A DNA stretch of 59,693 nucleotides from an uncultured Candidatus Saccharibacteria bacterium (GTDB taxonomy: Bacteria > Patescibacteriota > Saccharimonadia > Saccharimonadales > CAZMXN01), in NCBI GenBank assembly GCA_964570275.1, contig CAZMXN010000001.1, forward strand, positions 9,745 through 69,437, in the 5' to 3' direction. How positions within the stretch are numbered: the stretch's first letter is position 1; each line of letters begins with the position of its first letter. Made by a program: the position numbers and the translations under genes. Positions 36,872 through 45,282 of the stretch are shown here, piece by piece. The notes under the pieces were generated by a model. It did no database searches. It saw nothing but the letters and a program-made list of their open reading frames with translations, and was not told the origin of the DNA.

Positions 36872-37375
36872 ATGCAATCCGTTATTCACAAGATTGAAGC
36901 GAAGTACAAGAAGCCGCAAGTCGTCGACGTCCGTTCCGGCGACACCGTTAAAGTGCACCAGAAAATCCGCGAAGGCAGCAAGGAGCGGGTGCAGATCTTT
37001 GAAGGCCTGGTTATCCGCACCGACCGCAAGGGCAGTCACACCTCCAGCATCACCGTTCGCCGTGTTGCCAGCGGTGTCGGCGTGGAAAAATCCTATTTAC
37101 TGCACAGTCCGCTGGTGCTGAAAGTCGAAGTTACCAAGCGCAGCAAAGTCCGCCGCAATTACCTGTCCTACATGCGGGCCCGGACCGGTAAGGCCGCCCG
37201 TCTGACCGGGGCTGACTTTGACCGCGAGGCCGTCAACGCCGTTCATGACGCCAAGGCTGAGGCCGAAGAGGAAAAGCTCAAAGAAGAAGTCGCCGCTCAA
37301 GCCGAGGCCGACGCTGAAGAAAAAGAGCAGGCGGAAGCCAAAGACACCGCGCCCGAGACCCCGGACAAGCAATAA
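36872..37375 (+). CDS. rplS: 50S ribosomal protein L19 with acidic C-terminal extension
   Basis: VVDVRSGDTVKVHQKIREGSKERVQIFEGLVIRT...ITVRRV..GVGVEK, typical of L19, plus about 50 extra Ala/Glu/Lys-rich residues. Alternative TTG start at 36866. Confidence 0.9.
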   Translation: MQSVIHKIEAKYKKPQVVDVRSGDTVKVHQKIREGSKERVQIFEGLVIRTDRKGSHTSSITVRRVASGVGVEKSYLLHSPLVLKVEVTKRSKVRRNYLSYMRARTGKAARLTGADFDREAVNAVHDAKAEAEEEKLKEEVAAQAEADAEEKEQAEAKDTAPETPDKQ

Positions 37376-37394
37376 CCGACAGACTTCGCAGCTG

Positions 37395-37436
37395 AAACCG
37401 CTCCCTGTAGGTATGGTTAACGGGAGCGGTTTTGTT
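37395..37436 (+). terminator. Rho-independent terminator after rplS
   Basis: Perfect 11-bp stem AAACCGCTCCC (37395-37405) / GGGAGCGGTTT (37422-37432), 16-nt loop, followed by TGTT (a U-rich run together with the stem end). Confidence 0.65.
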
Positions 37437-38039
37437 ATGCTTAGAGCCATGAACGAAAAAAGGGCAGCAGGCGGCTTGATCGGTATCGACGAAGTCGGCC
37501 GCGGCTGTTGGGCCGGACCGTTGTTAGTGGTCGCTGCCCGGCAGATTGCGACCCTGCCGCCCGGTGTCGCCGATTCCAAGGCACTTAACCCTAAGCGCCG
37601 GCAGAGCCTGTTTGCGGCCATTGGCCGGGTCTGCGAGTTCGGGGAAGGCTGGGTCGAGGCGGCTGAAATTGACGAGCTGGGGCTAGCGGCCGCCATGCGG
37701 CTGGGCGTCAGCCGGGCCCTGGACGGACTTAAGGCCGCCACAAACGCGCGGATAATCCTGGACGGCATCGTCAACTACTGCCCGGCCGATTTCGCTCAGG
37801 TTGACTGCGTCGCTAAAGCCGACGCGCACTACCCGATTGTCAGCGCCGCCAGTATTTGGGCCAAAGTCCGGCGTGACGATTATATGAAGCGACTCAGCCA
37901 GGCCTATCCCGGCTACGGCTTTGAGCGCCACGTCGGTTACGGCACCGCGCTGCATCGGCAAAATCTGCTGGCGCATGGCGTCTGCGCCTTGCACCGCTTG
38001 AGCTTCCGGCCGGTCAAGGAGCTGGCGGCCGGTGTCTAA
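37437..38039 (+). CDS. rnhB: Ribonuclease HII
   Basis: IGIDEVGRGCWAGPLLVVAA (DEVGRG catalytic motif), ...DSK...ASIWAKV. Start placed after the rplS terminator (ATG 37437 or 37449). The track ORF start 37218 overlaps the rplS tail. Confidence 0.85.
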   Translation: MLRAMNEKRAAGGLIGIDEVGRGCWAGPLLVVAARQIATLPPGVADSKALNPKRRQSLFAAIGRVCEFGEGWVEAAEIDELGLAAAMRLGVSRALDGLKAATNARIILDGIVNYCPADFAQVDCVAKADAHYPIVSAASIWAKVRRDDYMKRLSQAYPGYGFERHVGYGTALHRQNLLAHGVCALHRLSFRPVKELAAGV

Positions 38040-38373
38040 CTATGCTTCCGGCCACTACGCCGAAGCCGTGGCGGCCGCTTATCTGCAGGACCAGGGTTTT
38101 AAGATAATCGCCCAAAACTGGAAGACCCGCTACTGCGAGATTGATCTGGTGGCCGAGAAAGACGGCGCGGTTTACCTCGTCGAAGTCAAACACCGGGCGT
38201 CTGACAGCCAGGGCGGCGGCCTGGACTACATTACGCCTAAGAAACTGGCACAAATGCGCTTCGCCGCCGAAATGTGGCTGGCGGACAACGACTGGACCGG
38301 CGAATGCTGCCTGAGCGCTCTGGAGCTGAGCGGTCCGGACTACCGGGTCACCACATTTATCGAACGGCTGTAA
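38032..38373 (+). CDS. YraN-family (UPF0102) endonuclease-like protein
   Basis: GHYAEAVAAAYLQDQGFKIIAQNWKTRYCEIDLVAEKDGAVYLVEVKHR, typical of YraN. GTG start overlaps the rnhB stop. Confidence 0.8.
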   Translation: MSNYASGHYAEAVAAAYLQDQGFKIIAQNWKTRYCEIDLVAEKDGAVYLVEVKHRASDSQGGGLDYITPKKLAQMRFAAEMWLADNDWTGECCLSALELSGPDYRVTTFIERL

Positions 38374-38409
38374 AGACGTCCCCGGCTTTTATCGAAGCTT
38401 TAATTTTTG

Positions 38410-41046
38410 TTAAGATCGGGCAGAGCCAAGAAAAAATTGTTGAACGCCGGCCAGGTCACGTTCCAGCCAGGCCAGCCGGCTGGCGATTTCCTCGATGCCG
38501 ATGGCAATGTTGCGTTTTAAGGCGGGAATGTCCTGTTTGGGCCGGAAGAAATCGAGATACAGCTTCTGCAGCTCGGGAGTGTTGACGCCGGCGGCGGCAT
38601 AACGGGGGAAGTAGTCGTATGATTTGTCGTTGCCGTAGGTGGCTTCGACCCAGGCCCAGTTGGCTTTCATCCAGCGCCAGGCCAGCGGCCGCACAAAGCG
38701 GTTGCCGAGCAGATAGAAGATCCAGCGGTCGGCGTCCTGGGGTTTGACCACGGTCGGATCCTTGACCAGCCCCAGCAGGCGTTCGGCCTCGGCTTCGGAC
38801 CTGGTCGACATCAGCGCCCCGGTGATATCGCGCTGGAGATCGCTGCTGTTCGTGGAAGCGTATAGATCCAGCAGATAATCGACCGCGCCCGGATGGTTCT
38901 GCTTGACGGCGGCGCCGAAAACCACGCCCCGCAGCTCGGCGGCCAGGCTCCGGCCCGAGTCATTTTTATAAGCCTCGAACAGCTCCAGCGCCCGCTTGAT
39001 GACGGCCGGCGCTTCGGCGTAGGCGCCCAGGCCCAAGATGGTGGCCCGCAGTTTCTGATCACGGGCATCCTCAGCCGGTCTTTCCTCCCAGCCCAGCCGC
39101 CGGTACTGCTTATCGATCATCTGACGAAGCAGGTTCTTGAGCGGTTCCTCCAGGCTGTTATCAAGGTCGATAAAGCGCCGGACGTCGGCAATGATGAGCG
39201 AAATCATATCCCAGACCGGTTCGGCGGCTTCGTTTTCGTAAGCCGGCAGCAGCTCCAGCGTCTGGCCCAGGCTGCTGACGCCGGCCCGGGCCAGCATGGC
39301 GCTGTTATTGAGTAGCATCAGCCGGTCAATCGTCGGCAATGACAGGTCGGCCACCCGGTCGCGCAGATAGTCGCGGTGGGACGATTCAGTGTAGTGGGTG
39401 ATGTAATGGCCAGCAGCCTGATGGTTAACCAGCACCGGCTGGTCGCCGTCCAGCTCCAGCTCCCGGCCGGGACCGTCCAGTACCGGGCTGCTTTTACCGG
39501 CGCTGGCCGGACTTAAGAACAGCGGCACTGACCAGAGGCGGTTGTCATCGATCAAGGCCGGGTTGTCCAGGAAATGCTGCTGGTGGAGGGTCAGTTTCCG
39601 GCCGGTCTGGCGGACGGTGACGAGCGGAAAGCCGGACTGCTCCAGCCAGGGATTCATAAAGCCGGCCACATCGGTCTGACTGGCCTGGCCGAGCGCCGCC
39701 CACAAATCGGCGCCCCGGGTGTTCTGATAGGCATGCTTTTTAAAGTAAGCGCTCAAGCCGGCCCGGAAGGCGCCCTCGCCGATGTGGTTTTTGAGCATGT
39801 AAAGCAGGCGGCCGCCTTTGGCGTAGACGATGGACGGGTCAAACAGCGTGCTGATCTCGTCGGGGTGGTTGACGGCTGTGCGGACCGCCTGGACACCGGG
39901 CGTGGCGTCGCGGCGGAGCGCCGACAGGCCCTCGACGACGACAAAACTTTCCCAGATATGCCAATCCGGGAACAGGGCATCGACGGCGACGTATTCCATC
40001 AGGTTGGCAAAACTTTCGTTCAGCCACAGGTCGTCCCACCACTGCATCGTCACCAGATTGCCGAACCACTGGTGCGAAGTCTCATGGGCGATGACGGTTG
40101 CGATGATTTCTTTAGTGCTTTGGGAAACGGCATCCGGATACAGCAGCAGAACGGCTTCACGGTAGGTGATGAGTCCCCAGTTTTCCATGGCGCCGCTGGA
40201 AAAGTCCGGCAGCGCCACGTGGTCGGCTTTTTTCAAGGGGTACGGGACGTTAAAATAATCCTCGAAAAACTCAATTGAACGCACAGCCGCCGACAACGCG
40301 AAGTCGAATGCTGCGGCCGGCTGGGTGACGGTTCCCCAGACACTGACCTCAACCCCGCTCTTGGTTTTTGCGCTGCGGTTGTGCAACTCGCCGTAAACAA
40401 ACGCCAGCAGGTAGGTGCTCATTCTGGGCGTGGGCTCAAAGGTGATCAGGGTAGAGGGCTTGACGCCTGGCGCCTTCTCCGCCGCGTTGTCCCCGTTGGC
40501 CGGCAGGTCCTTACTGGAGCTGATCGGGGTGTTCGAGAGAGCGACCTCGCCTTTCGGCACCAGCAGGGACAGCTGAAAAGTCGCCTTGGCTTCCGGCTCG
40601 TCGATGCAGGGAAAGGCTTCACGGGCGTGATGGCTCTCAAATTGCGTCGCGATTAACTGCTTTTCCTGACCGTCATGGGTAAAGAAGCAGGGATAAATGC
40701 CGCTCATCTGCCGTGAAATGACGCCTTCAAATTCCAGATGGACGGTGTAGGATCCGGGATACAGCATGTCCGGCGAATGCAGCCGGACTTCGTCGAAGCT
40801 GCGATGGTGGTTTATCCGGTCGATGTTGACCTCGCGGTCGCCGTTTTTGTCGTGGCGGGTAAGGCTGGCGCCGGTGATCTTGAGACCCTTCTGATGCAGG
40901 GTCAAACGCCGGGATGGCCGGCCGGCTTTGTGGCCGCTGATGGTCACCTGGCCCTTAAACAGCCCGGCGTCCCGGTCCGGCCGCAGCTCCAGCTCGTAAT
41001 GCTCCGGTTTGAACTGTTCGTAAAGCCGACGTACTTTCTGACTCAC
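38410..41046 (-). CDS. pepN: Aminopeptidase N (M1 family)
   Basis: GAMENWG exopeptidase motif and HETSHQWFGNLVTMQWWDDLWLNESFA (HExxH-x18-E). 878 aa with an ERAP1-like helical C-domain. Confidence 0.9.
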   Translation of the reverse strand: MSQKVRRLYEQFKPEHYELELRPDRDAGLFKGQVTISGHKAGRPSRRLTLHQKGLKITGASLTRHDKNGDREVNIDRINHHRSFDEVRLHSPDMLYPGSYTVHLEFEGVISRQMSGIYPCFFTHDGQEKQLIATQFESHHAREAFPCIDEPEAKATFQLSLLVPKGEVALSNTPISSSKDLPANGDNAAEKAPGVKPSTLITFEPTPRMSTYLLAFVYGELHNRSAKTKSGVEVSVWGTVTQPAAAFDFALSAAVRSIEFFEDYFNVPYPLKKADHVALPDFSSGAMENWGLITYREAVLLLYPDAVSQSTKEIIATVIAHETSHQWFGNLVTMQWWDDLWLNESFANLMEYVAVDALFPDWHIWESFVVVEGLSALRRDATPGVQAVRTAVNHPDEISTLFDPSIVYAKGGRLLYMLKNHIGEGAFRAGLSAYFKKHAYQNTRGADLWAALGQASQTDVAGFMNPWLEQSGFPLVTVRQTGRKLTLHQQHFLDNPALIDDNRLWSVPLFLSPASAGKSSPVLDGPGRELELDGDQPVLVNHQAAGHYITHYTESSHRDYLRDRVADLSLPTIDRLMLLNNSAMLARAGVSSLGQTLELLPAYENEAAEPVWDMISLIIADVRRFIDLDNSLEEPLKNLLRQMIDKQYRRLGWEERPAEDARDQKLRATILGLGAYAEAPAVIKRALELFEAYKNDSGRSLAAELRGVVFGAAVKQNHPGAVDYLLDLYASTNSSDLQRDITGALMSTRSEAEAERLLGLVKDPTVVKPQDADRWIFYLLGNRFVRPLAWRWMKANWAWVEATYGNDKSYDYFPRYAAAGVNTPELQKLYLDFFRPKQDIPALKRNIAIGIEEIASRLAWLERDLAGVQQFFLGSARS

Positions 41047-41196
41047 TGTGCTTAATAAACCCCTCTCGCTTCGTTACTTTGACTAAAGAACTGTCCGGCG
41101 GCTTCCTGGTTGTCGTCCGGACCTTAAGGTGTCCAGGCGGAGCCGGCGGCCGGCTGTGGCTCGCATAAGGATAAATTGTACGTCACATAATGAGAA

Positions 41197-41225
41197 TTGA
41201 CAAACTGCGAAATGTGTGCTATAAT
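41197..41225 (+). promoter_or_regulatory. Consensus promoter P1 upstream of nusA
   Basis: TTGACA (41197-41202), 17 nt, TATAAT (41220-41225) with an extended TGc (41217-41219). Confidence 0.65.
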
Positions 41226-41240
41226 GAGGAGATAGGGCAA

Positions 41241-41270
41241 TTGACATTTAGTGGATGTTTGCCATATACT
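41241..41270 (+). promoter_or_regulatory. Second tandem promoter-like element P2 upstream of nusA
   Basis: TTGACA (41241-41246), 18 nt, TATACT (41265-41270). Confidence 0.45.
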
Positions 41271-41287
41271 TACTTTTGTAACAGGTC

Positions 41288-41308
41288 GGCCGGCAGGTCG
41301 GCTTTTTT
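41288..41308 (+). terminator. Candidate weak intrinsic terminator/attenuator in the nusA leader
   Basis: Short hairpin GCCGG-CAGG-TCGGC (4 GC pairs plus 1-2 GU pairs) directly followed by TTTTTT (41303-41308). Lies about 85 nt upstream of the nusA ATG. Confidence 0.35.
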
Positions 41309-41394
41309 GCTTAAGAGGGACGCTTTTAAGGGGGACCGTGGGAACAGGAAAAGGCGGCCATCAGTTAATAAATAACACCTGAAAGGAATAAGAG

Positions 41395-42552
41395 ATGGAC
41401 TTAGATTTTAAACAGCTGGCGCTGGCCATTAAAGCCATTGCCGAGGAAAAAAACCTGCCGGAGGACTCGGTTAAAGAGGTCGTCGAGCAGGCTTTGGCGG
41501 CCGCTTACCGGCGCGATTACGGGGACCGCGAGCAGGAAATTCGCGTCAGCATGAACCTTAACAGCGGCGATATCGACGTTTACGTATCCAAAGAAGTCGT
41601 CGAAAAGGTCGGTGACGATCGGTTTGAGATCAGTCTCAGCGAGGCTCAGGCTATACGCAAGAATGCCAAGGTCGGCGAGACCGTCGAGCTGCGCCAGAAG
41701 CCGGAAAACTTCGGCCGGGTGGCCGCCCAGACCGCCAAACAGGTCATTCTGCAACGACTCAGGGAAGCCGAGCGGGAAATCGTCATGAACGAATACGAGG
41801 ATAAGATCGGTACCGTCATTAACGGTATCGTGTCGCGGGTTGAAGGCCGGGTGGTCAGGATTGATCTGGGCCGGGCCCAGGGCATCATGCCGGCCAGCGA
41901 GCAGATTCAGGGCGAACGTTATTACCCCGGCCAGCGGCTGAAGGTGTTCTTAAAAGATGTCGAGCGCGGCTTCCGCGGTCCGCAGCTGGTGGTCTCGCGC
42001 GGCAATACCGAGTTTCTGGAATGGTTGTTTAGAAGCGAAGTGCCGGAGATGGAAAACGGCGCCGTGGTGATTAAGGGCATTGCCCGTGAAGCCGGTGTCC
42101 GCAGCAAGATCGCCGTGGCCAGCTCCGTCCAGGGCGTCGATCCGGTCGGCACTTTCGTCGGCGGACACGGCACGCGCGTTAACGCCGTCATGAGCGAGGT
42201 CGGCGAGCAGGAAAAAATCGACATCGTCGTCTGGGACGAAGATCCGGTGGTTTACATCCAGAACGCTCTGAGCCCGACTAAAGTCACCCGGGTTAAACTG
42301 GATACCGAAGCTAAGAAAGCCGTGGTGATCGTTCCGGAAGACCAGCTCAGTATCGCCATCGGTAAAAGCGGCCAGAACGTCCGTCTGGCCAGCAAGCTGA
42401 CCGGTTTTGAAATTGACATCACCAGTGAACAGGCCGGTCCGGCCGAAACCAGCGAGGCCCAGGAAAAATCCGCCAAGCCGGTCCAGAAGCTCAAGAAGAA
42501 GTCCGAGCTGGAAAACTCCCTGCTGGAAGCCATCGAAGAGCACGGCGAATAG
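41395..42552 (+). CDS. nusA: Transcription termination/antitermination factor NusA
   Basis: N-terminal domain, S1 domain (GTVINGIVSRVEGRVVRIDLG) and two KH domains (AIGKSGQNVRLASKLTG). AAAGGA SD. Confidence 0.95.
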   Translation: MDLDFKQLALAIKAIAEEKNLPEDSVKEVVEQALAAAYRRDYGDREQEIRVSMNLNSGDIDVYVSKEVVEKVGDDRFEISLSEAQAIRKNAKVGETVELRQKPENFGRVAAQTAKQVILQRLREAEREIVMNEYEDKIGTVINGIVSRVEGRVVRIDLGRAQGIMPASEQIQGERYYPGQRLKVFLKDVERGFRGPQLVVSRGNTEFLEWLFRSEVPEMENGAVVIKGIAREAGVRSKIAVASSVQGVDPVGTFVGGHGTRVNAVMSEVGEQEKIDIVVWDEDPVVYIQNALSPTKVTRVKLDTEAKKAVVIVPEDQLSIAIGKSGQNVRLASKLTGFEIDITSEQAGPAETSEAQEKSAKPVQKLKKKSELENSLLEAIEEHGE

Positions 42553-42594
42553 CGTTCAGAGTGAGGGCGGTGCTAATCCGCCGGAAAAGTCAAA

Positions 42595-42621
42595 TTAGCA
42601 CTCTTGACTCGCGAGTGCCAA
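42595..42621. promoter_or_regulatory. CIRCE-type inverted repeat (HrcA operator) upstream of clpC
   Basis: TTAGCACTC-TTGACTCGC-GAGTGCCAA versus consensus TTAGCACTC-N9-GAGTGCTAA (one mismatch). Confidence 0.8.
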
Positions 42622-42631
42622 CTGGTATCAT
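42604..42631 (+). promoter_or_regulatory. Predicted sigma-70-type promoter of clpC, overlapping the CIRCE element
   Basis: -35 TTGACT (42604-42609), 16-nt spacer, extended -10 TGgTATCAT (42623-42631). Confidence 0.6.
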
Positions 42632-42779
42632 TATAGGTAGCGATTTATGGTCGCTACTGAATTTAAACGGGATGGCAGCCGGAGCAGTAAGAACTACGAA
42701 ATATTCGGCTGCGGCGCCGGTAAGTAAGCAGTAGGCTTAAACATGGCGCCACCAACAAGGGAGGGGAAAGTATTTGAAT

Positions 42780-45260
42780 ATGATGCCTAACTCACAAGAC
42801 TTCCAGGATTTTCTAAATCACCTAACCGATAACGCGGTGCAGAGCATTAAAAACGCCAACGCCATCGCGCAGAGCTTCGGTGATACTTATATCGGCACCG
42901 AGCACCTGTTGCTCGGCGTCCTGGCGCAGGATACGTCCATCGGCGCCAAGCTGCTGCAGGGCGCCGGCGTGACGCTGGACCGGGCCAAGCTGGCCTTTAA
43001 CATGACGCCCAAGACGCTGGTTATCAACCTCGGCGCCAAGGGGCTCAGCGAGGTTGCCAAGCTGACGTTGAATATGGCTTATGAGGTCGCTCAGGACTTC
43101 AGCCAGGAATTCTGCGGCACCGAGCACATCTTATACAGTATTTTAAAGCAGAAGAACGCCCGGGCTACCGAGCTGCTGCGCAAAATGAACGTCGATGTCG
43201 ACCATCTGGTCAGCGAGCTGGAACAATTCTTAAACCGCCAGCAGTACGAGGACGAAAGCGAAGCCGCCACCGAAGCCATGCGCAAGAGCAAAAAGCGGCG
43301 CAAAACGGCACTTGATTATTACGGTACCGACCTGACCGACATGGCCCGCAAGGGCAAGCTGGATCCGGTGGTAGGCCGCGAACCGCAGATTCGCCGGGTC
43401 ATCACCATTCTGAACCGCCGCACCAAGAACAACCCGGTCCTGATCGGTGAGCCGGGCGTCGGCAAAACCGCCATCGTCGAGGGGCTGGCCCAGCGGATCG
43501 TCGCCGAAGACGTGCCGGACAGCCTGCTTGACAAGCGCATCGTCATGCTTGATCTGGCGGGCATGATTGCCGGCACCAAGTACCGCGGCGAGTTCGAAGA
43601 GCGCCTGAAGAAGATCATGCACGAGTTGGAGAACGACGATAAAACGGTGGTCTTTATTGACGAAATGCACCTGATTGTCGGTGCCGGCGCCGCCGAGGGC
43701 GCCATGGACGCCGGCAACATCCTAAAGCCGGCGCTGTCCCGCGGTAAAATCCAGGTTATCGGCGCGACGACGACGTCCGAATACACCAAACACGTCGAGA
43801 AAGACGCCGCCCTGGAACGCCGCTTCCAGCCGGTCCAGGTGCCGGAAGCCACGCCGTCGGAAACGGTGGCCATCCTGAAGGGCCTGCGCAAACACTACGA
43901 GTCCTTTCACGGCGTCAACGTCAGCGACGAGGTGCTTGAAGACACCGTGCAGCTGGCCAAGCGCTACATCAATGACCGCTACATGCCGGACAAGGCCATC
44001 GATCTGCTCGACGAAACTTCCGCCCACTTGCGCATCGACAAGGGCAAGACACCGCCCGAAGTCCGCAAGCTCCAGAAAGAGCTGAAACTGGTCAATTTAC
44101 GCATGGAGGAAGCGGCCGAGGACGGCGATTACGAGAAAGCCGCCCGGCACAAGACCCGCGCCAGCCAGATAACCAAAGAGCTGGAAGAGCTGGCAGCCAA
44201 AGGCAAATCGACCAAGCGCCTGGATTTAAGCAGCGAAGACGTCGCCGAAGTGGTGGCCCGGATTACCGGCGTGCCGGTGACCAAGGTTATCCGCTCCGAG
44301 GCCAAGTACCTGCTCGGACTGGAAAAGAACCTGAGTAAATACGTCATTGGTCAGGACGAAGCCGTGTCGGCGGTGGCCCGTGCCGTCCGGCGCAACCGGT
44401 CCGGCATCGGCGCTGAGACCCGGCCGATCGGTTCATTCATCTTCCTGGGTCCGACCGGTGTCGGTAAAACCGAGCTGGCCAGAGTGCTGGCCCGCGAGTT
44501 CTTCGGTTCGGCCGAAGCCCTGGTCAAGATCGACATGAGCGAAATGAGCGAGCGCCACAACGTGTCGCGCCTGGTCGGCGCGCCGGCCGGCTACGTCGGC
44601 TACGATGACGGCGGTCAGCTGACCGACAAGATCCGCCGTCAGCCCTACAGCCTGGTGCTGTTTGACGAGATTGAAAAAGCCCACCCGGAAGTCTTTAACA
44701 TGCTGCTGCAAATACTCGAGGACGGCCATCTGACTGACGCCAAGGGCCGCAGGATTGACTTTACCAACACCATCATCATCATGACCAGCAACGTCGGCGC
44801 CGAAAAGCTTCAAAAAGAAGCCAACCTCGGCTTCCGGGCTACCGATCGCCGCGATCTCGACGATCTGGACGCTTTGCATGAGACCAACAAGGACAAGGTG
44901 CTGGACGAGCTCAAGAAAACCATGCGGCCGGAGCTCCTAAACCGCATCGACAAGATTGTCGTTTTCCGGGCGCTGACTAAAAAAGATGTCATGAAAATTC
45001 TGGACCTGCAGATCGACGAGCTGAAGAAACGGCTGCTGAAACACGGCCTGAGCGTTGAGCTGACGCCGGCCGCCAAGAAGCAGCTGCTTGCGCAGGGCTA
45101 TGACTCGCATAACGGCGTCCGGCCGCTAAGGCGTCTGCTCCAGGACACGATTGAAGACCACATCGCCATGAGCCTGCTGGACAAGCATTACCAGCGCGGC
45201 GACGTCGTCCGGGTCAACTCCAGAAACAAGGACCTGGTTTACTCCACCGCCAAAGGCTAG
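42780..45260 (+). CDS. clpC: ATP-dependent Clp protease ATP-binding subunit ClpC
   Basis: Double Clp_N repeat, AAA-1 Walker [12 protein letters not shown]-type middle motif (DYEKAARHK), AAA-2 Walker [10 protein letters not shown], sensor GVRPLRR. Starts possible at 42774 (TTG), 42780 or 42783 (ATG) after a GGGAGGGG SD. Confidence 0.9.
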   Translation: MMPNSQDFQDFLNHLTDNAVQSIKNANAIAQSFGDTYIGTEHLLLGVLAQDTSIGAKLLQGAGVTLDRAKLAFNMTPKTLVINLGAKGLSEVAKLTLNMAYEVAQDFSQEFCGTEHILYSILKQKNARATELLRKMNVDVDHLVSELEQFLNRQQYEDESEAATEAMRKSKKRRKTALDYYGTDLTDMARKGKLDPVVGREPQIRRVITILNRRTKNNPVLIGEPGVGKTAIVEGLAQRIVAEDVPDSLLDKRIVMLDLAGMIAGTKYRGEFEERLKKIMHELENDDKTVVFIDEMHLIVGAGAAEGAMDAGNILKPALSRGKIQVIGATTTSEYTKHVEKDAALERRFQPVQVPEATPSETVAILKGLRKHYESFHGVNVSDEVLEDTVQLAKRYINDRYMPDKAIDLLDETSAHLRIDKGKTPPEVRKLQKELKLVNLRMEEAAEDGDYEKAARHKTRASQITKELEELAAKGKSTKRLDLSSEDVAEVVARITGVPVTKVIRSEAKYLLGLEKNLSKYVIGQDEAVSAVARAVRRNRSGIGAETRPIGSFIFLGPTGVGKTELARVLAREFFGSAEALVKIDMSEMSERHNVSRLVGAPAGYVGYDDGGQLTDKIRRQPYSLVLFDEIEKAHPEVFNMLLQILEDGHLTDAKGRRIDFTNTIIIMTSNVGAEKLQKEANLGFRATDRRDLDDLDALHETNKDKVLDELKKTMRPELLNRIDKIVVFRALTKKDVMKILDLQIDELKKRLLKHGLSVELTPAAKKQLLAQGYDSHNGVRPLRRLLQDTIEDHIAMSLLDKHYQRGDVVRVNSRNKDLVYSTAKG

Positions 45261-45282
45261 TTTAGTTGTATACTAAAACCAT

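Noticed and set aside
37218-37436. N-terminal 73 codons of track ORF 37218..38039, an extremely basic K/R/P-rich peptide overlapping the rplS tail.
   Set aside because: It is the +1-frame shadow of the GAA/GCC-rich acidic L19 tail and runs through the rplS terminator hairpin. RNase HII homology begins only after ATG 37437/37449.
41190-41375. 61-aa ORF in the pepN-nusA intergenic region.
   Set aside because: It begins upstream of the consensus -35 box, spans both promoters and the U-tract, has no SD and has odd composition. The region is better explained as promoter plus leader RNA.
42566-42582. Short hairpin GGCGG-TGCTAAT-CCGCC after nusA, considered as a terminator.
   Set aside because: Only 5 bp with no following T-tract. 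It is too weak to call, so nusA may read into the clpC promoter region.
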